Below the pieces are notes generated by a model that had not been told where the DNA came from, searched no databases, and saw only the letters and a list, made by a program, of their open reading frames with translations. A program made the position numbers and the translations under genes. A stretch of 64,000 nt of DNA, from the NCBI GenBank assembly GCA_965223265.1, contig OZ244999.1, positions 7,712,001-7,776,000 of the forward strand, given 5' to 3'. Positions 1 through 10,154 of the stretch are shown here, one piece after another; positions within the stretch are counted from its first letter, which is position 1; each line of letters starts with the position of its first letter. This DNA is from Planctomycetota bacterium. Its GTDB lineage: Bacteria; Planctomycetota; UBA8108; SXIK01.

Positions 1-1
1 A

Positions 2-3000
2 ACACTCGTAACCGATGTCGTCAGTCGTGAAGAAACTTCGATCACCTTCCGCACTCCCGTCGGCGAGATCCCGGTAGATACGGTCGACGTGACCGTCGCC
101 ATCGGTGGGACGCGTTTCGCCGCCGGCACTTACACGTACTTGAACGAGCCCCCCGTAGCCATTGCCCACCCCGACGGCCCCGGCGCCGGGTATGCGGTCA
201 ACACCGGCGCCGCTCTGATCCTCGACGGCACTGCGTCGTTTGATCCCAACTCGGCCGCCGGCGATAGCGTCGTGCGCTACGAATGGAATCTGAGCACAAC
301 CCCGACGGTCGACCGCGAGGGCGCGATGGTGACGCTCAGCGCCGAAGAGCTTGCCAGCCTCGGACTCGGTCAGCCCGGGTTTTACTCCGTGACGCTACGT
401 ACCACGGACGCCAGCGGCGATGTCAATGAGGACACTGCGTCCATTCGCGTCGCCGACATTCAACTGGACGAGACGATGGGAAGCGTCAATGGCGGGTTCC
501 CGATCTTCATCCGCGGACCCGGCCTCCAAGGCGTCACCTCAATCCTTTTTGACGGTCGACCCGGACTCGATCTCGCGGTGTTCGACCCAGAGATCGTGCG
601 CATCACTGTACCGACCGGCACGGTTCCCGTCGGGCCAGTCGACGTCACATTCGTCTTCGACTCAGGAAACGTCGTGCTCCCGGACGCGTTCACATACACC
701 AACGACCCACCGATTGCGCGTGCCATCGGGCGCGAGGATGGCAGCTCCTACAGCATTCGCATTGGCGACTCGCTGTTGCTCGATGGCAGCCGATCATCCG
801 ATCCGAACGACGTCGCAGGGGACTTCGTCGCTCGCTACGCCTGGGACCTCGACGGCGACGGGAGGTTCGATCGACGCGGCGCGAAGGTGCGACTGACGCC
901 CGAAGAGCTCAAGTCTTTCGGTCTGGCGCAGGCCCGCGAGTTTATCGTCACACTTCGAGTGCTCGACACCATGGACGCCGAAGACACGGACTTAGCGACG
1001 GTCGAAGTCAAACCGAGCGCACAGAGCTTTCCCAACGAGGACTTCAGCGACTGGGAAGGCGACGAGGACGGTAACAAGATCGACGATGCACTCGACGAGA
1101 AGGAGCCCGCCGAGTTAGTCGACGTTGTGGTGGTGTTTGACGCTGGCACGAATCTCAACAACGCAGCGACGCGACTGGCGCCGCTGAGCGCGACGCCGCC
1201 AACCCTGATACCGCTCATCTCCGCGCTTTGCCTGCAGGGCGTCGAAGCCGGTGCTTTGAAGGCCGCGCTAGCGGCCGAGGGCGAACTCTTTCGCGCCGAG
1301 GAAGACATTCTCATCGAGCCTGACGTCGATATCAGCGCAGCCTCCATCCGCGCGCACGCCAGCACGCTCTTCAGCCCAGAGACCGCCGAGGATCTGGGCG
1401 TCACCGGCGCCGGGGTCAACATCGCCGTCCTCGACAGCGGCGTAGACGACGAGCACGTGGCGTTCACCGGAAAATTCGTCGCTGGCTTCAACGCCTTCGT
1501 CGACAACCCAGCCGCGCTCGGCAGCCAGTCCAACCCCGACGACGACCTCAGCTTCGGGTCGATCTTTCACGGTACGCACACGGCCGGCGTCGCGCTCGGT
1601 AGCGACGCCAGCTTCCGCGGCGTGGCTCCGGGTGCCAAGCTGATCGATGTCAAAGTGCTCAACAGTCTCGGTCAGGGAAGCTCAGGCTCGCTTCTCGCCG
1701 GTATCCAATGGTGCATCAACAACAGAAACCATGCCTGGGCCGGAGAGTCCGCGGAGCACCACGGAATTGACATTCTCAGTTTTAGCCTCGGCAGCAAGAA
1801 ACGCAGTGATGGCAAGGATGTCATCAGCATGGCTGTTGACGCTGCGGTCGCACAGGGTCTCGTCGCAGTGGCATCGGCGGGAAACACTGGCAGCACGCAA
1901 TCCGGGTTCGGTACGCCCGGCGCCGCCGATGGTGCAATCACCGTCGGTTCGACGGACGATGGCGGCACGGTAGACCTCGACGACGACGTTCTCGCACCCA
2001 GAACAAACTTCGGGCCGCGGCTCGATGACGGGGACGCCGACTTTATCGATGAGCTCAAGCCGGACCTGGTGGCGCCGGGGGTTGCGATCAACGCGCCCCT
2101 GGGAAACATCAACCCATTGCCCGCGGTCGGATTTCGCGAACACACGGGCAGCTCGATCGCGTCGGCGCACGTCGCTGGTGTCGCCGCACTCATCCTCGAG
2201 CTGTCACCTGATCTCGACCCAGCGTCGGTCAAAAGCGTCATCCGAAACACCGCGGAGCCGCGTGGCACGCCGTTCGATGTCGATCTCGACCCAACGTGGA
2301 ACGTCAGCTGGGGTAAGGGAATCGTTGACGCGTTCGCGGCGCTGCCGACCGACCTGGGTGCGGTCAATGCCGTCTGGGTGTCGAGCTCGCTCGACGACAA
2401 CGTCATCGCGATCGATCCGGCAGACCCAACACCTCCGGGCGGTGGCGGCGGTAGTCACACTCTCGGTGGTGGACGCGAGCCGGTGGGGATTAGCGTCGAC
2501 GGCAGCGGCGGTGTGTGGCTCGCGTGCCGTCGCAACGCGACGATCACGAAGCTGAACTCGGTCGGTCAAGTACGATTCGCCGTCGACCTTGGTGCGGCGA
2601 TCGGCGCGCTCCCTGACGTCGACCTCTTTGGCGTCGCGGCTGACAAAGACGGCAGCGCGTGGCTGACACTCGAAGACGCCGGTGTGATTGTTCGAGTCAA
2701 CTCGATCGGTGTCGTCGACGCGGCGTTCTACCCGGCCGGCGTCGATCCCGTTGCCATTGCCGTCGATGCGGACGACAACAAGTGGATCGCCAACTCCGGC
2801 GGCAGCAACGTCACGAAGCTGGACGCGGCGGGAAGCGAGGTCGTGGGTTCACCATTCGCAGTTCAGAACGAACCCAACGGCATCGTCTGCGATCGCGATG
2901 GACGCGTCTACGTCGCCAACCGTGGCTCAGACTCCGTCACGATCTTGGAAGGCGACGGCACTCTCGTGGGACACTTTCCCGCCGGCTTGAAGCCGATTGA

Positions 3001-4219
3001 GATCACCCTCGACTTCGACGGCAATATCTGGGTCTCGAACGATTTGCAGCTGAGCGTGACGCGGTTGCAGGCAGATGGGAGTGATCCGCAGACGTTCACG
3101 GTGGGCGCCGCACCGCGCGGCATCACCACTGCTGGCGATGGTACGCTCTGGGTCTCGATTCACACCGTCGGCGTCGGGGAACTCGTCAAACGGATCGACA
3201 CGGACGGAAACGTTCTCGACTCGATCGGCGTCGGTCTCGCTCCGATCAATCGCGGCGATGGCTCGGGGTTCGTGCACGCCAACTCGGTCGATCCGCTAGG
3301 TGACGCGGATGATGACGGCTGGGCAAACGGTGACGAGATCGATGCGAAGGCGAACCCCTTCGACGCATCGTCGCACCCTGTGACTGTCACAAGCCTGAGC
3401 CCGGCGAGCGGCTCCGTCAGCGGCGGCACGATCGTCCGCCTCGAAGGCAGTGGACTCGATCCAGGTCTAGAAGTCTTCTTTGGCGGCGCACCCGCTACGG
3501 TCGAATCGGCGAGCGGCGATGCAGCCGACGTGAGAACGCCGTTCGGCGCCTTTCCTCCGGACGGTATCCCGGTCGATGTGCTGGTGCAGTTCGGTCCGTC
3601 CGGCGGTTTGACGCTTGTCGACGCCTACACTTTCCTCAACGACCCGCCGATCGCCGATCCGGATATCGATCCAGAAAATGACGGTTACTTTATCTTCGTC
3701 GGGGACGACCTCGAACTCGACGCGTCGGCGTCGACCGATGTCAACGCACTGCTCGGCGATAGCATCGTCCGGTTCGAGTGGGACCTGAACGGCAACGCCG
3801 TCCTCGGATCTCAAGTCACCGTCACCGCGGCCGAACTGACGACGTTCGGCATGGGGGCGGTCGGAGTCTATCCGCTCATGCTGACTGTGGAAGATTCCCT
3901 TGGAGCCGAATCGAGCGAAACCGTCGACCTGAACGTAGTGGTCCCACAGCTCAACTTTGTTCGCGGTGACGCCAACCAAGACACCAAGATCGACATCTCC
4001 GACGCGATCTTTCTTCTCAACTGGCTCTTCACTGCCGACAGCGGCGAGCCGCCGTGTCATGAAGCCGCAAACTTCAACGCCGACGTTCAACTCGACATCG
4101 CCGACGCAATCTTTCTCATCAACTTTTTGTTTGTTGGTACGCGGCAGCCCTTTGATCCGTATCCGAATTGCGGCATCGGCATCTCTGAGGTGGGCTGCTT
4201 GAGCTCTGTCTGCCCTTAA
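2..4219 (+). CDS. 5'-truncated large extracellular S8 (subtilisin-like) serine protease with IPT/TIG and PKD repeats, a beta-propeller and a C-terminal dockerin-like domain
   Basis: Frame is open from base 2, so the gene starts before the window. S8 triad motifs VAVLDSG, HGTHTAG and GSSIASAHVAG, plus oxyanion AGN. Three PKD-like units (NxPPxA...LDxSxSxD...YxWDL), IPT-like units and Vgb/NHL-like repeats. C-terminal RGDANQD...DISDAI...NFNAD...DIADAI. Confidence 0.88.
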   Translation, partial: TLVTDVVSREETSITFRTPVGEIPVDTVDVTVAIGGTRFAAGTYTYLNEPPVAIAHPDGPGAGYAVNTGAALILDGTASFDPNSAAGDSVVRYEWNLSTTPTVDREGAMVTLSAEELASLGLGQPGFYSVTLRTTDASGDVNEDTASIRVADIQLDETMGSVNGGFPIFIRGPGLQGVTSILFDGRPGLDLAVFDPEIVRITVPTGTVPVGPVDVTFVFDSGNVVLPDAFTYTNDPPIARAIGREDGSSYSIRIGDSLLLDGSRSSDPNDVAGDFVARYAWDLDGDGRFDRRGAKVRLTPEELKSFGLAQAREFIVTLRVLDTMDAEDTDLATVEVKPSAQSFPNEDFSDWEGDEDGNKIDDALDEKEPAELVDVVVVFDAGTNLNNAATRLAPLSATPPTLIPLISALCLQGVEAGALKAALAAEGELFRAEEDILIEPDVDISAASIRAHASTLFSPETAEDLGVTGAGVNIAVLDSGVDDEHVAFTGKFVAGFNAFVDNPAALGSQSNPDDDLSFGSIFHGTHTAGVALGSDASFRGVAPGAKLIDVKVLNSLGQGSSGSLLAGIQWCINNRNHAWAGESAEHHGIDILSFSLGSKKRSDGKDVISMAVDAAVAQGLVAVASAGNTGSTQSGFGTPGAADGAITVGSTDDGGTVDLDDDVLAPRTNFGPRLDDGDADFIDELKPDLVAPGVAINAPLGNINPLPAVGFREHTGSSIASAHVAGVAALILELSPDLDPASVKSVIRNTAEPRGTPFDVDLDPTWNVSWGKGIVDAFAALPTDLGAVNAVWVSSSLDDNVIAIDPADPTPPGGGGGSHTLGGGREPVGISVDGSGGVWLACRRNATITKLNSVGQVRFAVDLGAAIGALPDVDLFGVAADKDGSAWLTLEDAGVIVRVNSIGVVDAAFYPAGVDPVAIAVDADDNKWIANSGGSNVTKLDAAGSEVVGSPFAVQNEPNGIVCDRDGRVYVANRGSDSVTILEGDGTLVGHFPAGLKPIEITLDFDGNIWVSNDLQLSVTRLQADGSDPQTFTVGAAPRGITTAGDGTLWVSIHTVGVGELVKRIDTDGNVLDSIGVGLAPINRGDGSGFVHANSVDPLGDADDDGWANGDEIDAKANPFDASSHPVTVTSLSPASGSVSGGTIVRLEGSGLDPGLEVFFGGAPATVESASGDAADVRTPFGAFPPDGIPVDVLVQFGPSGGLTLVDAYTFLNDPPIADPDIDPENDGYFIFVGDDLELDASASTDVNALLGDSIVRFEWDLNGNAVLGSQVTVTAAELTTFGMGAVGVYPLMLTVEDSLGAESSETVDLNVVVPQLNFVRGDANQDTKIDISDAIFLLNWLFTADSGEPPCHEAANFNADVQLDIADAIFLINFLFVGTRQPFDPYPNCGIGISEVGCLSSVCP

Positions 4220-4557
4220 CAGCCCGTTGAAAAAGTGCTTCGAGCTCAAAAATCTTGTCGCTCGCGTCCAGATCGGCGGCCACCAACGTGGGCCATCTCG
4301 CCATCTTCTAGCGCGGCCATAGGGAGCAAACGACACCGAAAAGCGCGTGCGACCTTGGGCGTTTTCGTGCACGCAAAGCTCTTACGATTTCGCGAAAGAA
4401 GCGTCAGAGGACATTGGCGCGCACGCAACTTCAGGACTCGTGGTAGAAACCCGCGAGAGATGCGGGTAAACCTGATCGTCACGTGGCAGGCGACTGAATC
4501 GCCGCCGCGCTCGCGCTCATCGAACTCCGCCTCGATCTGACTCATTGGAGATCTCGT

Positions 4558-5979
4558 ATGCACCGTTCGGCGACCATCACCTTCTTCGCGCTTGTGACCT
4601 TCGGCAGCGGCGCCTGCACCGCTGCGCCACCCGAGCTGGCATCCCGTACCGTACTCGACACCTATGTGCACGCCTCCGATCCTGCCTATCGCTGGACGCT
4701 GGAGAGTCGGCGCCAAGAAAACGGCGTGACGGCGTTCGTGATCGACCTGCGCTCGCAGACATGGCTCAGCACAAAAGAGGTCGACAAGCCGGAGTGGCAA
4801 CACTGGCTGACGATCGTCCGCCCTGACACCCTCGCGAGTGACAAAGCCCTTCTGATCATTGGCGGTGGCTCCAATGGTCGGGGGACTCCCAACCGCATCG
4901 ACAAAATGGCACACAAGATTGCGCTCGCCACACGCTCTGTCGTCGTCGAGCTGCGCACGGTACCGAACCAACCACTCGTCTTCAAGGGAAGCGACGGCAA
5001 ACCACGCTATGAGGACGACCTCATCGCGTTTGCGTGGACGAAATTCTTCGCCACCCGTGACCACCGTTGGCTGCCACGGATGGCCATGGTCAAGAGCGCC
5101 GTCCGCGCGATGGACGCGATCCAGGAGTTCATGAAGAGCGACGACGGAGGTGGAATCGACATCAACAGCTTCGTCGTCGCCGGCGGCTCGAAACGCGGCT
5201 GGACGACGTGGCTGACCGGAGTGGTCGACGAACGCGTCATCGCGATCGCTCCCATTGTCATTGACGTTCTCAACGTCGAACCGTCGATGCGCCACCACTA
5301 CGCAGCCTACGGATTCTGGGCGCCAGCGATTCAAGACTACGTCAATCACAACGTCATGGAGAGAACCGGCAGCCCTGAGATGCAGGCGGCGCTCGATTTG
5401 GTGGATCCCTATTCCTATCGCCATCGGCTCACGCTGCCGAAATTCTTGATCAACGCCACTGGCGATCAGTTCTTCTTGCCGGATTCGTCGAAGTTCTACT
5501 GGTCGGGACTGCGCGGCGAAAAACACGTGCGCTACGTGCCCAACGCCGATCACGGCCTCAAGGGAAGTGACGCGCCTGAAAGCCTCGCGGCGTTCTATCA
5601 CGCTGTCATCACTGGGAAAGAACGCCCCAAGTTCGATTGGACGATCCTCCCGGACGGCTCGATTAAGGTGGAGACGGAAGATCAACCGAAAGCGGTCAAC
5701 CTCTGGTGGGCGATTAACCCGGAGACGCGAGATTTCCGCCTCGAGACGATTGGCAAGGTCTGGAAGAGCGCGCCGCTGACGGCAAAGAAACAGGGCGTCT
5801 ACGTCGCAGAGGAGCGAAGGCCACCAAAGGGTTGGAAAGCGTTTCTTGTCGAGCTGGTTTTCGACAGCGGTGGGGTGGCTCCTTTCAAATTCACGACCGG
5901 AGTGAGCGTGCTACCCAACACGCTCCCGCACGCTGAAGCAGCCGCGAAGATCGGCAGTCAGAGTTCCTCAACCGACTAA
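4558..5979 (+). CDS. PqaA-family (PhoPQ-activated pathogenicity-related) alpha/beta hydrolase, exported
   Basis: Signal peptide with Cys. Motifs VPNQPL, EDDLIA, VRAMD, GGSKRGWTTWL, GDQFFLPD and VPNADH. Confidence 0.85.
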   Translation: MHRSATITFFALVTFGSGACTAAPPELASRTVLDTYVHASDPAYRWTLESRRQENGVTAFVIDLRSQTWLSTKEVDKPEWQHWLTIVRPDTLASDKALLIIGGGSNGRGTPNRIDKMAHKIALATRSVVVELRTVPNQPLVFKGSDGKPRYEDDLIAFAWTKFFATRDHRWLPRMAMVKSAVRAMDAIQEFMKSDDGGGIDINSFVVAGGSKRGWTTWLTGVVDERVIAIAPIVIDVLNVEPSMRHHYAAYGFWAPAIQDYVNHNVMERTGSPEMQAALDLVDPYSYRHRLTLPKFLINATGDQFFLPDSSKFYWSGLRGEKHVRYVPNADHGLKGSDAPESLAAFYHAVITGKERPKFDWTILPDGSIKVETEDQPKAVNLWWAINPETRDFRLETIGKVWKSAPLTAKKQGVYVAEERRPPKGWKAFLVELVFDSGGVAPFKFTTGVSVLPNTLPHAEAAAKIGSQSSSTD

Positions 5980-6050
5980 GGTTGTAGCCCGCCGCTCTCG
6001 CGAACCGCGGTGAGGCCGAAACGACCACTTCGAACTGAGAGCAAACGACG

Positions 6051-7667
6051 ATGACAATGCGTCAAGTGACGCGGTGGCTGCCGGTCGTCCTCGTGGGCGC
6101 GGCCAGCGTCTATGTCACCTGGACCTGGTTCGTCCTCGACACGCAGCGGCAGAACAAAGTCCTTGCCACGGGGGCGTGCGCGGTCCTGCTCGCTGCGGCG
6201 CTCCTGCTCTGGGCCGTTTTTCTTAGTGGGTGGCGCTGGCGGACGCGTGGAGTCCTAGTCGCGGGCGTCGTTGTTGGCGCGCTCGTCGCCGGCGCCTTGG
6301 TCCGCATCGACGGGGTCGACGGCGATCTGGTGCCCATCCTCGCTTGGCGATCCGCGCCGTCACATGACGCGCAGCTCGCGGCGGAAGCCGCCAGCGACAC
6401 TGCCGCGGGCGCCAAGGCAGTCACCGGCGGACAGAGCACCAAGGCGAGTGGGGAGACGAGTGATGTCCAGTCCCGCCCGCGCGCAGTCACCCTGAATGAC
6501 TACCCGCAATTCCTCGGGCCCGAGCGACGCGGCACGGTCCAGGGCGTTCGCCTCCGCCGCGACTGGAGTGACCCGCCGCGTGAGTTATGGCGGCGTCCAG
6601 TCGGCGCCGGTTGGTCAGGGTTTGCCATTGCCGCTTCCATTGCAGTGACCCAGGAGCAGCGCGGCGATACGGAAATGGTTGCCTGTTACGACCTCCTTAG
6701 CGGTGAGCCGCTTTGGACGCATAGTGACGTAGCCCGATACGACACCGCCATCGGCGGCGTCGGCCCACGCGCGACGCCGACGGTGAATGCTAACCACGTC
6801 TACACGATCGGCGCGACGGGCCGACTCAACTGTCTGCGCCGCGACTCCGGAGACCTCGTCTGGACGCACGACATCTTCGCAGAACACGGCGGCAAGACAC
6901 CGGCTTGGGGTCTCAGCATGTCGCCACTCGTTCGCGACGACGTCGTGATCGTCGTTGCCGGTGGCCGCGAGGATTACTTTCTCGTCGGCTACGATGCGAC
7001 GAGCGGTGAGCTAGCATGGCACGCAGGCAACGAAAGGCTATCGTACAGCTCGCCGACTTTGATGACAGTCGCCGGCCGTTCGCAGCTCGTGCTCCTCAAC
7101 CACAAAAGCGTCACCGGACACGATCCAACCAGCGGCGCCCGCCTCTGGCGTGCGGAGTGGCCTGGAGGGCAACCGAAAGTCGCTCAACCGGTCCAGGTAA
7201 ACGCGGACGCGATCGTCGTCTCAAGTGGCTACGGCGTCGGCTGCGCACTCTACCGCATCGAGGCGACAGGTAGTGGCGAGTCGCAGAGCTTCTCCGTAAC
7301 GCAGGAGTGGAAGTCACTCAGCCTCAAGGCGAAGTTCACAAACTTCGTCCACAAAGACGGGTTCTTGTACGGACTCGACGATGGCATCATGACATGTGTC
7401 GATGTGGCGACGGGCAAGCGGCGCTGGAAGCGCGGTCGCTTCGGGCACGGGCAAATGATTTTGGTCGAAGATCTTCTTCTCGTGACCACCGAGAACGGCG
7501 AGGTTCTCTTGATCGCGCCGTCCACCGACTCCCTCGAGGAACTCGGACGATTTCGGTTCACCGACGGCAAGACTTGGAACTCGCCCGCATTCGCCGCGCC
7601 CTATCTACTCGTGCGGTCACACAAGGAAGTCGCCTGCTACGAGCTCCCGCTGCGTCAGAGCGACTGA
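6051..7667 (+). CDS. PQQ-binding-like (BamB-like) beta-propeller membrane protein
   Basis: Three N-terminal TM helices. Motifs DYPQFLGPxRxG, GxGWS, GPRATPT, YSSP and KTWNSPA, typical of planctomycete PQQ propellers. Confidence 0.85.
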   Translation: MTMRQVTRWLPVVLVGAASVYVTWTWFVLDTQRQNKVLATGACAVLLAAALLLWAVFLSGWRWRTRGVLVAGVVVGALVAGALVRIDGVDGDLVPILAWRSAPSHDAQLAAEAASDTAAGAKAVTGGQSTKASGETSDVQSRPRAVTLNDYPQFLGPERRGTVQGVRLRRDWSDPPRELWRRPVGAGWSGFAIAASIAVTQEQRGDTEMVACYDLLSGEPLWTHSDVARYDTAIGGVGPRATPTVNANHVYTIGATGRLNCLRRDSGDLVWTHDIFAEHGGKTPAWGLSMSPLVRDDVVIVVAGGREDYFLVGYDATSGELAWHAGNERLSYSSPTLMTVAGRSQLVLLNHKSVTGHDPTSGARLWRAEWPGGQPKVAQPVQVNADAIVVSSGYGVGCALYRIEATGSGESQSFSVTQEWKSLSLKAKFTNFVHKDGFLYGLDDGIMTCVDVATGKRRWKRGRFGHGQMILVEDLLLVTTENGEVLLIAPSTDSLEELGRFRFTDGKTWNSPAFAAPYLLVRSHKEVACYELPLRQSD

Positions 7668-7711
7668 GTCGAACCATCACGAGGCTCACCAAGGAAACCG
7701 ACGGAGTCACC

Positions 7712-10066
7712 ATGTCTGCCCTCGCTTGTCGGCCGTTCACGCTTTTCGTGACGTACGCGTCGTTGATCGCAGCGCCATCGATGCTCGTAGCCGACGACAC
7801 GTTCGTCGGCACCGCACCACTGAACATTGAAGGCGACATCGCCTCGCTCATGATCGACGAGCTCGATGCGTTCCTGCTGCGCGAGACGGGCGCAGCCATG
7901 GCGCGCCGCGCTCGCCACTGGCGCCGCGACACGACATCAGCCGCAGCCTACGAGACGTCGATCGAGCCGAATCGCGATCGATTCAAGAAATCCGTTGGCA
8001 TTCAGGAAGAGCGCTTGGCGACTGCAGCTTTACAGCTCGTCGCGTCGACGTCTGCGCCCGCGCGCCTAGCCAGCGGACCAGGTTACGAAATCGTTGCGGT
8101 GCGTTGGCCCGTCTTTCACGGTGTGCACGGCGAGGGGCTTCTCTTGCGACCGACCGACCGGCAACCGGTCGCGCACGTCGTCGCCATTCCCGACGCGGCT
8201 CAGACACCAGAAATGATCGCTGGCATCGCCCCAGGAATCGCACCCGAGTCGCAGTTCGCCGCTCGACTTGCAGCTATCGGCTGCGTTGTCGTGGTGCCGA
8301 CGCTCATCGACCGCGGCGATGAGTTTTCAACTATGTCGGCCGACCTCGTCACATTCGATCCGTCGGTCGGCCGCAAGATCGACCTGACGCATCGAGAATT
8401 CATCTATCGGGCGGCGTTCGAAATGGGCCGCCACGTGATCGGCTACGAGATCCAGAAGGTCCTCGCCGCCGTCGACTGGTTCGAGAATCGAGATGCAGCG
8501 CTGCCGCGCCTCGTCGTCGGCTACGGCGAAGGTGGACTCTTGGCGCTCTACGCCGCGGCGATCGATCGCCGCATCGCCGTCGCCGGAGTCAGCGGTTACT
8601 TCGAGTCAAGACAAGAGCTGTGGCGAGAACCACTGGATCGCAACGTCTTCGGTCTCCTCGATGAGTTCGGGGACGCTGAAATCGCCAGCCTCATCGCGCC
8701 TCGCGCACTCGTCGTCGAGGCAAGTCGCGGTCCAGAGTTTGCGATTGAACCGCAGAAGTCGCGCGGCGGACCAGGGCGCTTGCGCACGCCCCCGTTATCA
8801 TCGGTGCGCGCGGAGCTTGAACGCGCGCGTCGTTTAGTAGGCGCACTCAAGCCAAGGCCGGCCCTCGAGTTGGTCGTCTCCGGCGACGGAACAGGGGCGT
8901 TCGGCAGTATCGAATTCCTGCAGCGAGTGCTTGAGCTCGCCGGCGTTCAAGAGAAACCGCCCGAGTCGAGTCCTGCAGCGCGTGTGGTCCGTAGCATCGA
9001 CACCGCTCGAAGGCAGCAGCGGCAAGTGCTCGAGCTCGACGCGTTTTCGCAGTTTCTCCTGCGCGAATCCGAAGGCCGACGCGACGCCTTCTGGTCGCGG
9101 GCCGACCGCAAATCGCGTTCGGTGGAAAAATGGCTCGAGAGCGTCGAATTCTATCGGCGGTATTTGTACGACGAAGTCATCGGCCGCTTTGCACAGTCAC
9201 TCACGGACCCGAAGCCTCGGACGCGAAAGATCTTCGCAACGTCGGCGTTCACGGGCTATCAAGTCGTGCTCGACTGTTTTCCTGGCGTGTTTGCCTACGG
9301 CATCCTTCTGGTACCGAACGATGTGCGCTCGGGTGATCGACGCCCGGTCGTCGTTTGCCAACACGGACTCGAAGGCCGCCCGCGCGACGCGGCCGACCCG
9401 AGCATCGAGAGTCCATACTACCATCAGTACGCCTGTCGCTTGGCAGAGCGCGGCTTCATCACCTACGCACCGCAGAACATCTATATCTTCGGTGATCGGT
9501 TCCGCACTCTGCAGCGCAAGGCGAATCCGCTCAAGAAGACACTCTTCTCGATCATGGTGCCGCAGCACCAACAGCTCGTGAACTGGCTCGCGACACTGCC
9601 CATAGTCGACCCGGAACGGATCGCGTTCTACGGGCTCTCATACGGCGGCAAGACGGCGATGCGGGTCCCACCGCTCGTCGACGGTTACTGTCTGTCGATC
9701 TGCTCCGCGGACTTCAACGAGTGGATCTGGAAGAATGTCTCGACGCGAAGTCGATATAGTTACGTCGGCACCGGCGAATACGAGATCTTCGAGTTCGATC
9801 TCGGCAACACGTTCAACTACGCTGAGCTCGCCGGCCTGATCGCACCTCGGCCGTTTATGGTGGAGCGCGGACACCACGACGGCGTCGCGCCCGACACGCA
9901 GGTGGCGTACGAGTTCGCGCGCGTTCGTCGCCTCTACACCGACCTTCGCATCCCCGAGCGTACCGAGATTGAGTTCTTCGATGGCCCGCACACCATCCAC
10001 GGCGTCCGGACGTTCGAGTTCCTTCACAACCATTTGCGCTGGCCACGGCCGACGGGACGCGAGTGA
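7712..10066 (+). CDS. Two-domain alpha/beta hydrolase (dienelactone hydrolase / acetylxylan esterase-like), exported
   Basis: ATG 7712 follows GGAG and starts a signal peptide. C-terminal domain has nucleophile GLSYGG, an HDG acid and GPH His. N-terminal domain has degenerate GYGEGG. Confidence 0.8.
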   Translation: MSALACRPFTLFVTYASLIAAPSMLVADDTFVGTAPLNIEGDIASLMIDELDAFLLRETGAAMARRARHWRRDTTSAAAYETSIEPNRDRFKKSVGIQEERLATAALQLVASTSAPARLASGPGYEIVAVRWPVFHGVHGEGLLLRPTDRQPVAHVVAIPDAAQTPEMIAGIAPGIAPESQFAARLAAIGCVVVVPTLIDRGDEFSTMSADLVTFDPSVGRKIDLTHREFIYRAAFEMGRHVIGYEIQKVLAAVDWFENRDAALPRLVVGYGEGGLLALYAAAIDRRIAVAGVSGYFESRQELWREPLDRNVFGLLDEFGDAEIASLIAPRALVVEASRGPEFAIEPQKSRGGPGRLRTPPLSSVRAELERARRLVGALKPRPALELVVSGDGTGAFGSIEFLQRVLELAGVQEKPPESSPAARVVRSIDTARRQQRQVLELDAFSQFLLRESEGRRDAFWSRADRKSRSVEKWLESVEFYRRYLYDEVIGRFAQSLTDPKPRTRKIFATSAFTGYQVVLDCFPGVFAYGILLVPNDVRSGDRRPVVVCQHGLEGRPRDAADPSIESPYYHQYACRLAERGFITYAPQNIYIFGDRFRTLQRKANPLKKTLFSIMVPQHQQLVNWLATLPIVDPERIAFYGLSYGGKTAMRVPPLVDGYCLSICSADFNEWIWKNVSTRSRYSYVGTGEYEIFEFDLGNTFNYAELAGLIAPRPFMVERGHHDGVAPDTQVAYEFARVRRLYTDLRIPERTEIEFFDGPHTIHGVRTFEFLHNHLRWPRPTGRE

Positions 10067-10154
10067 TTGACGAAGGGGTGTCAACGCGGCGAAACTGGAA
10101 GTCCGGCAAACGCGTCGTGTCCTTCCGGCGTGCGAGCGAGCTCGCTGCGCGCCG

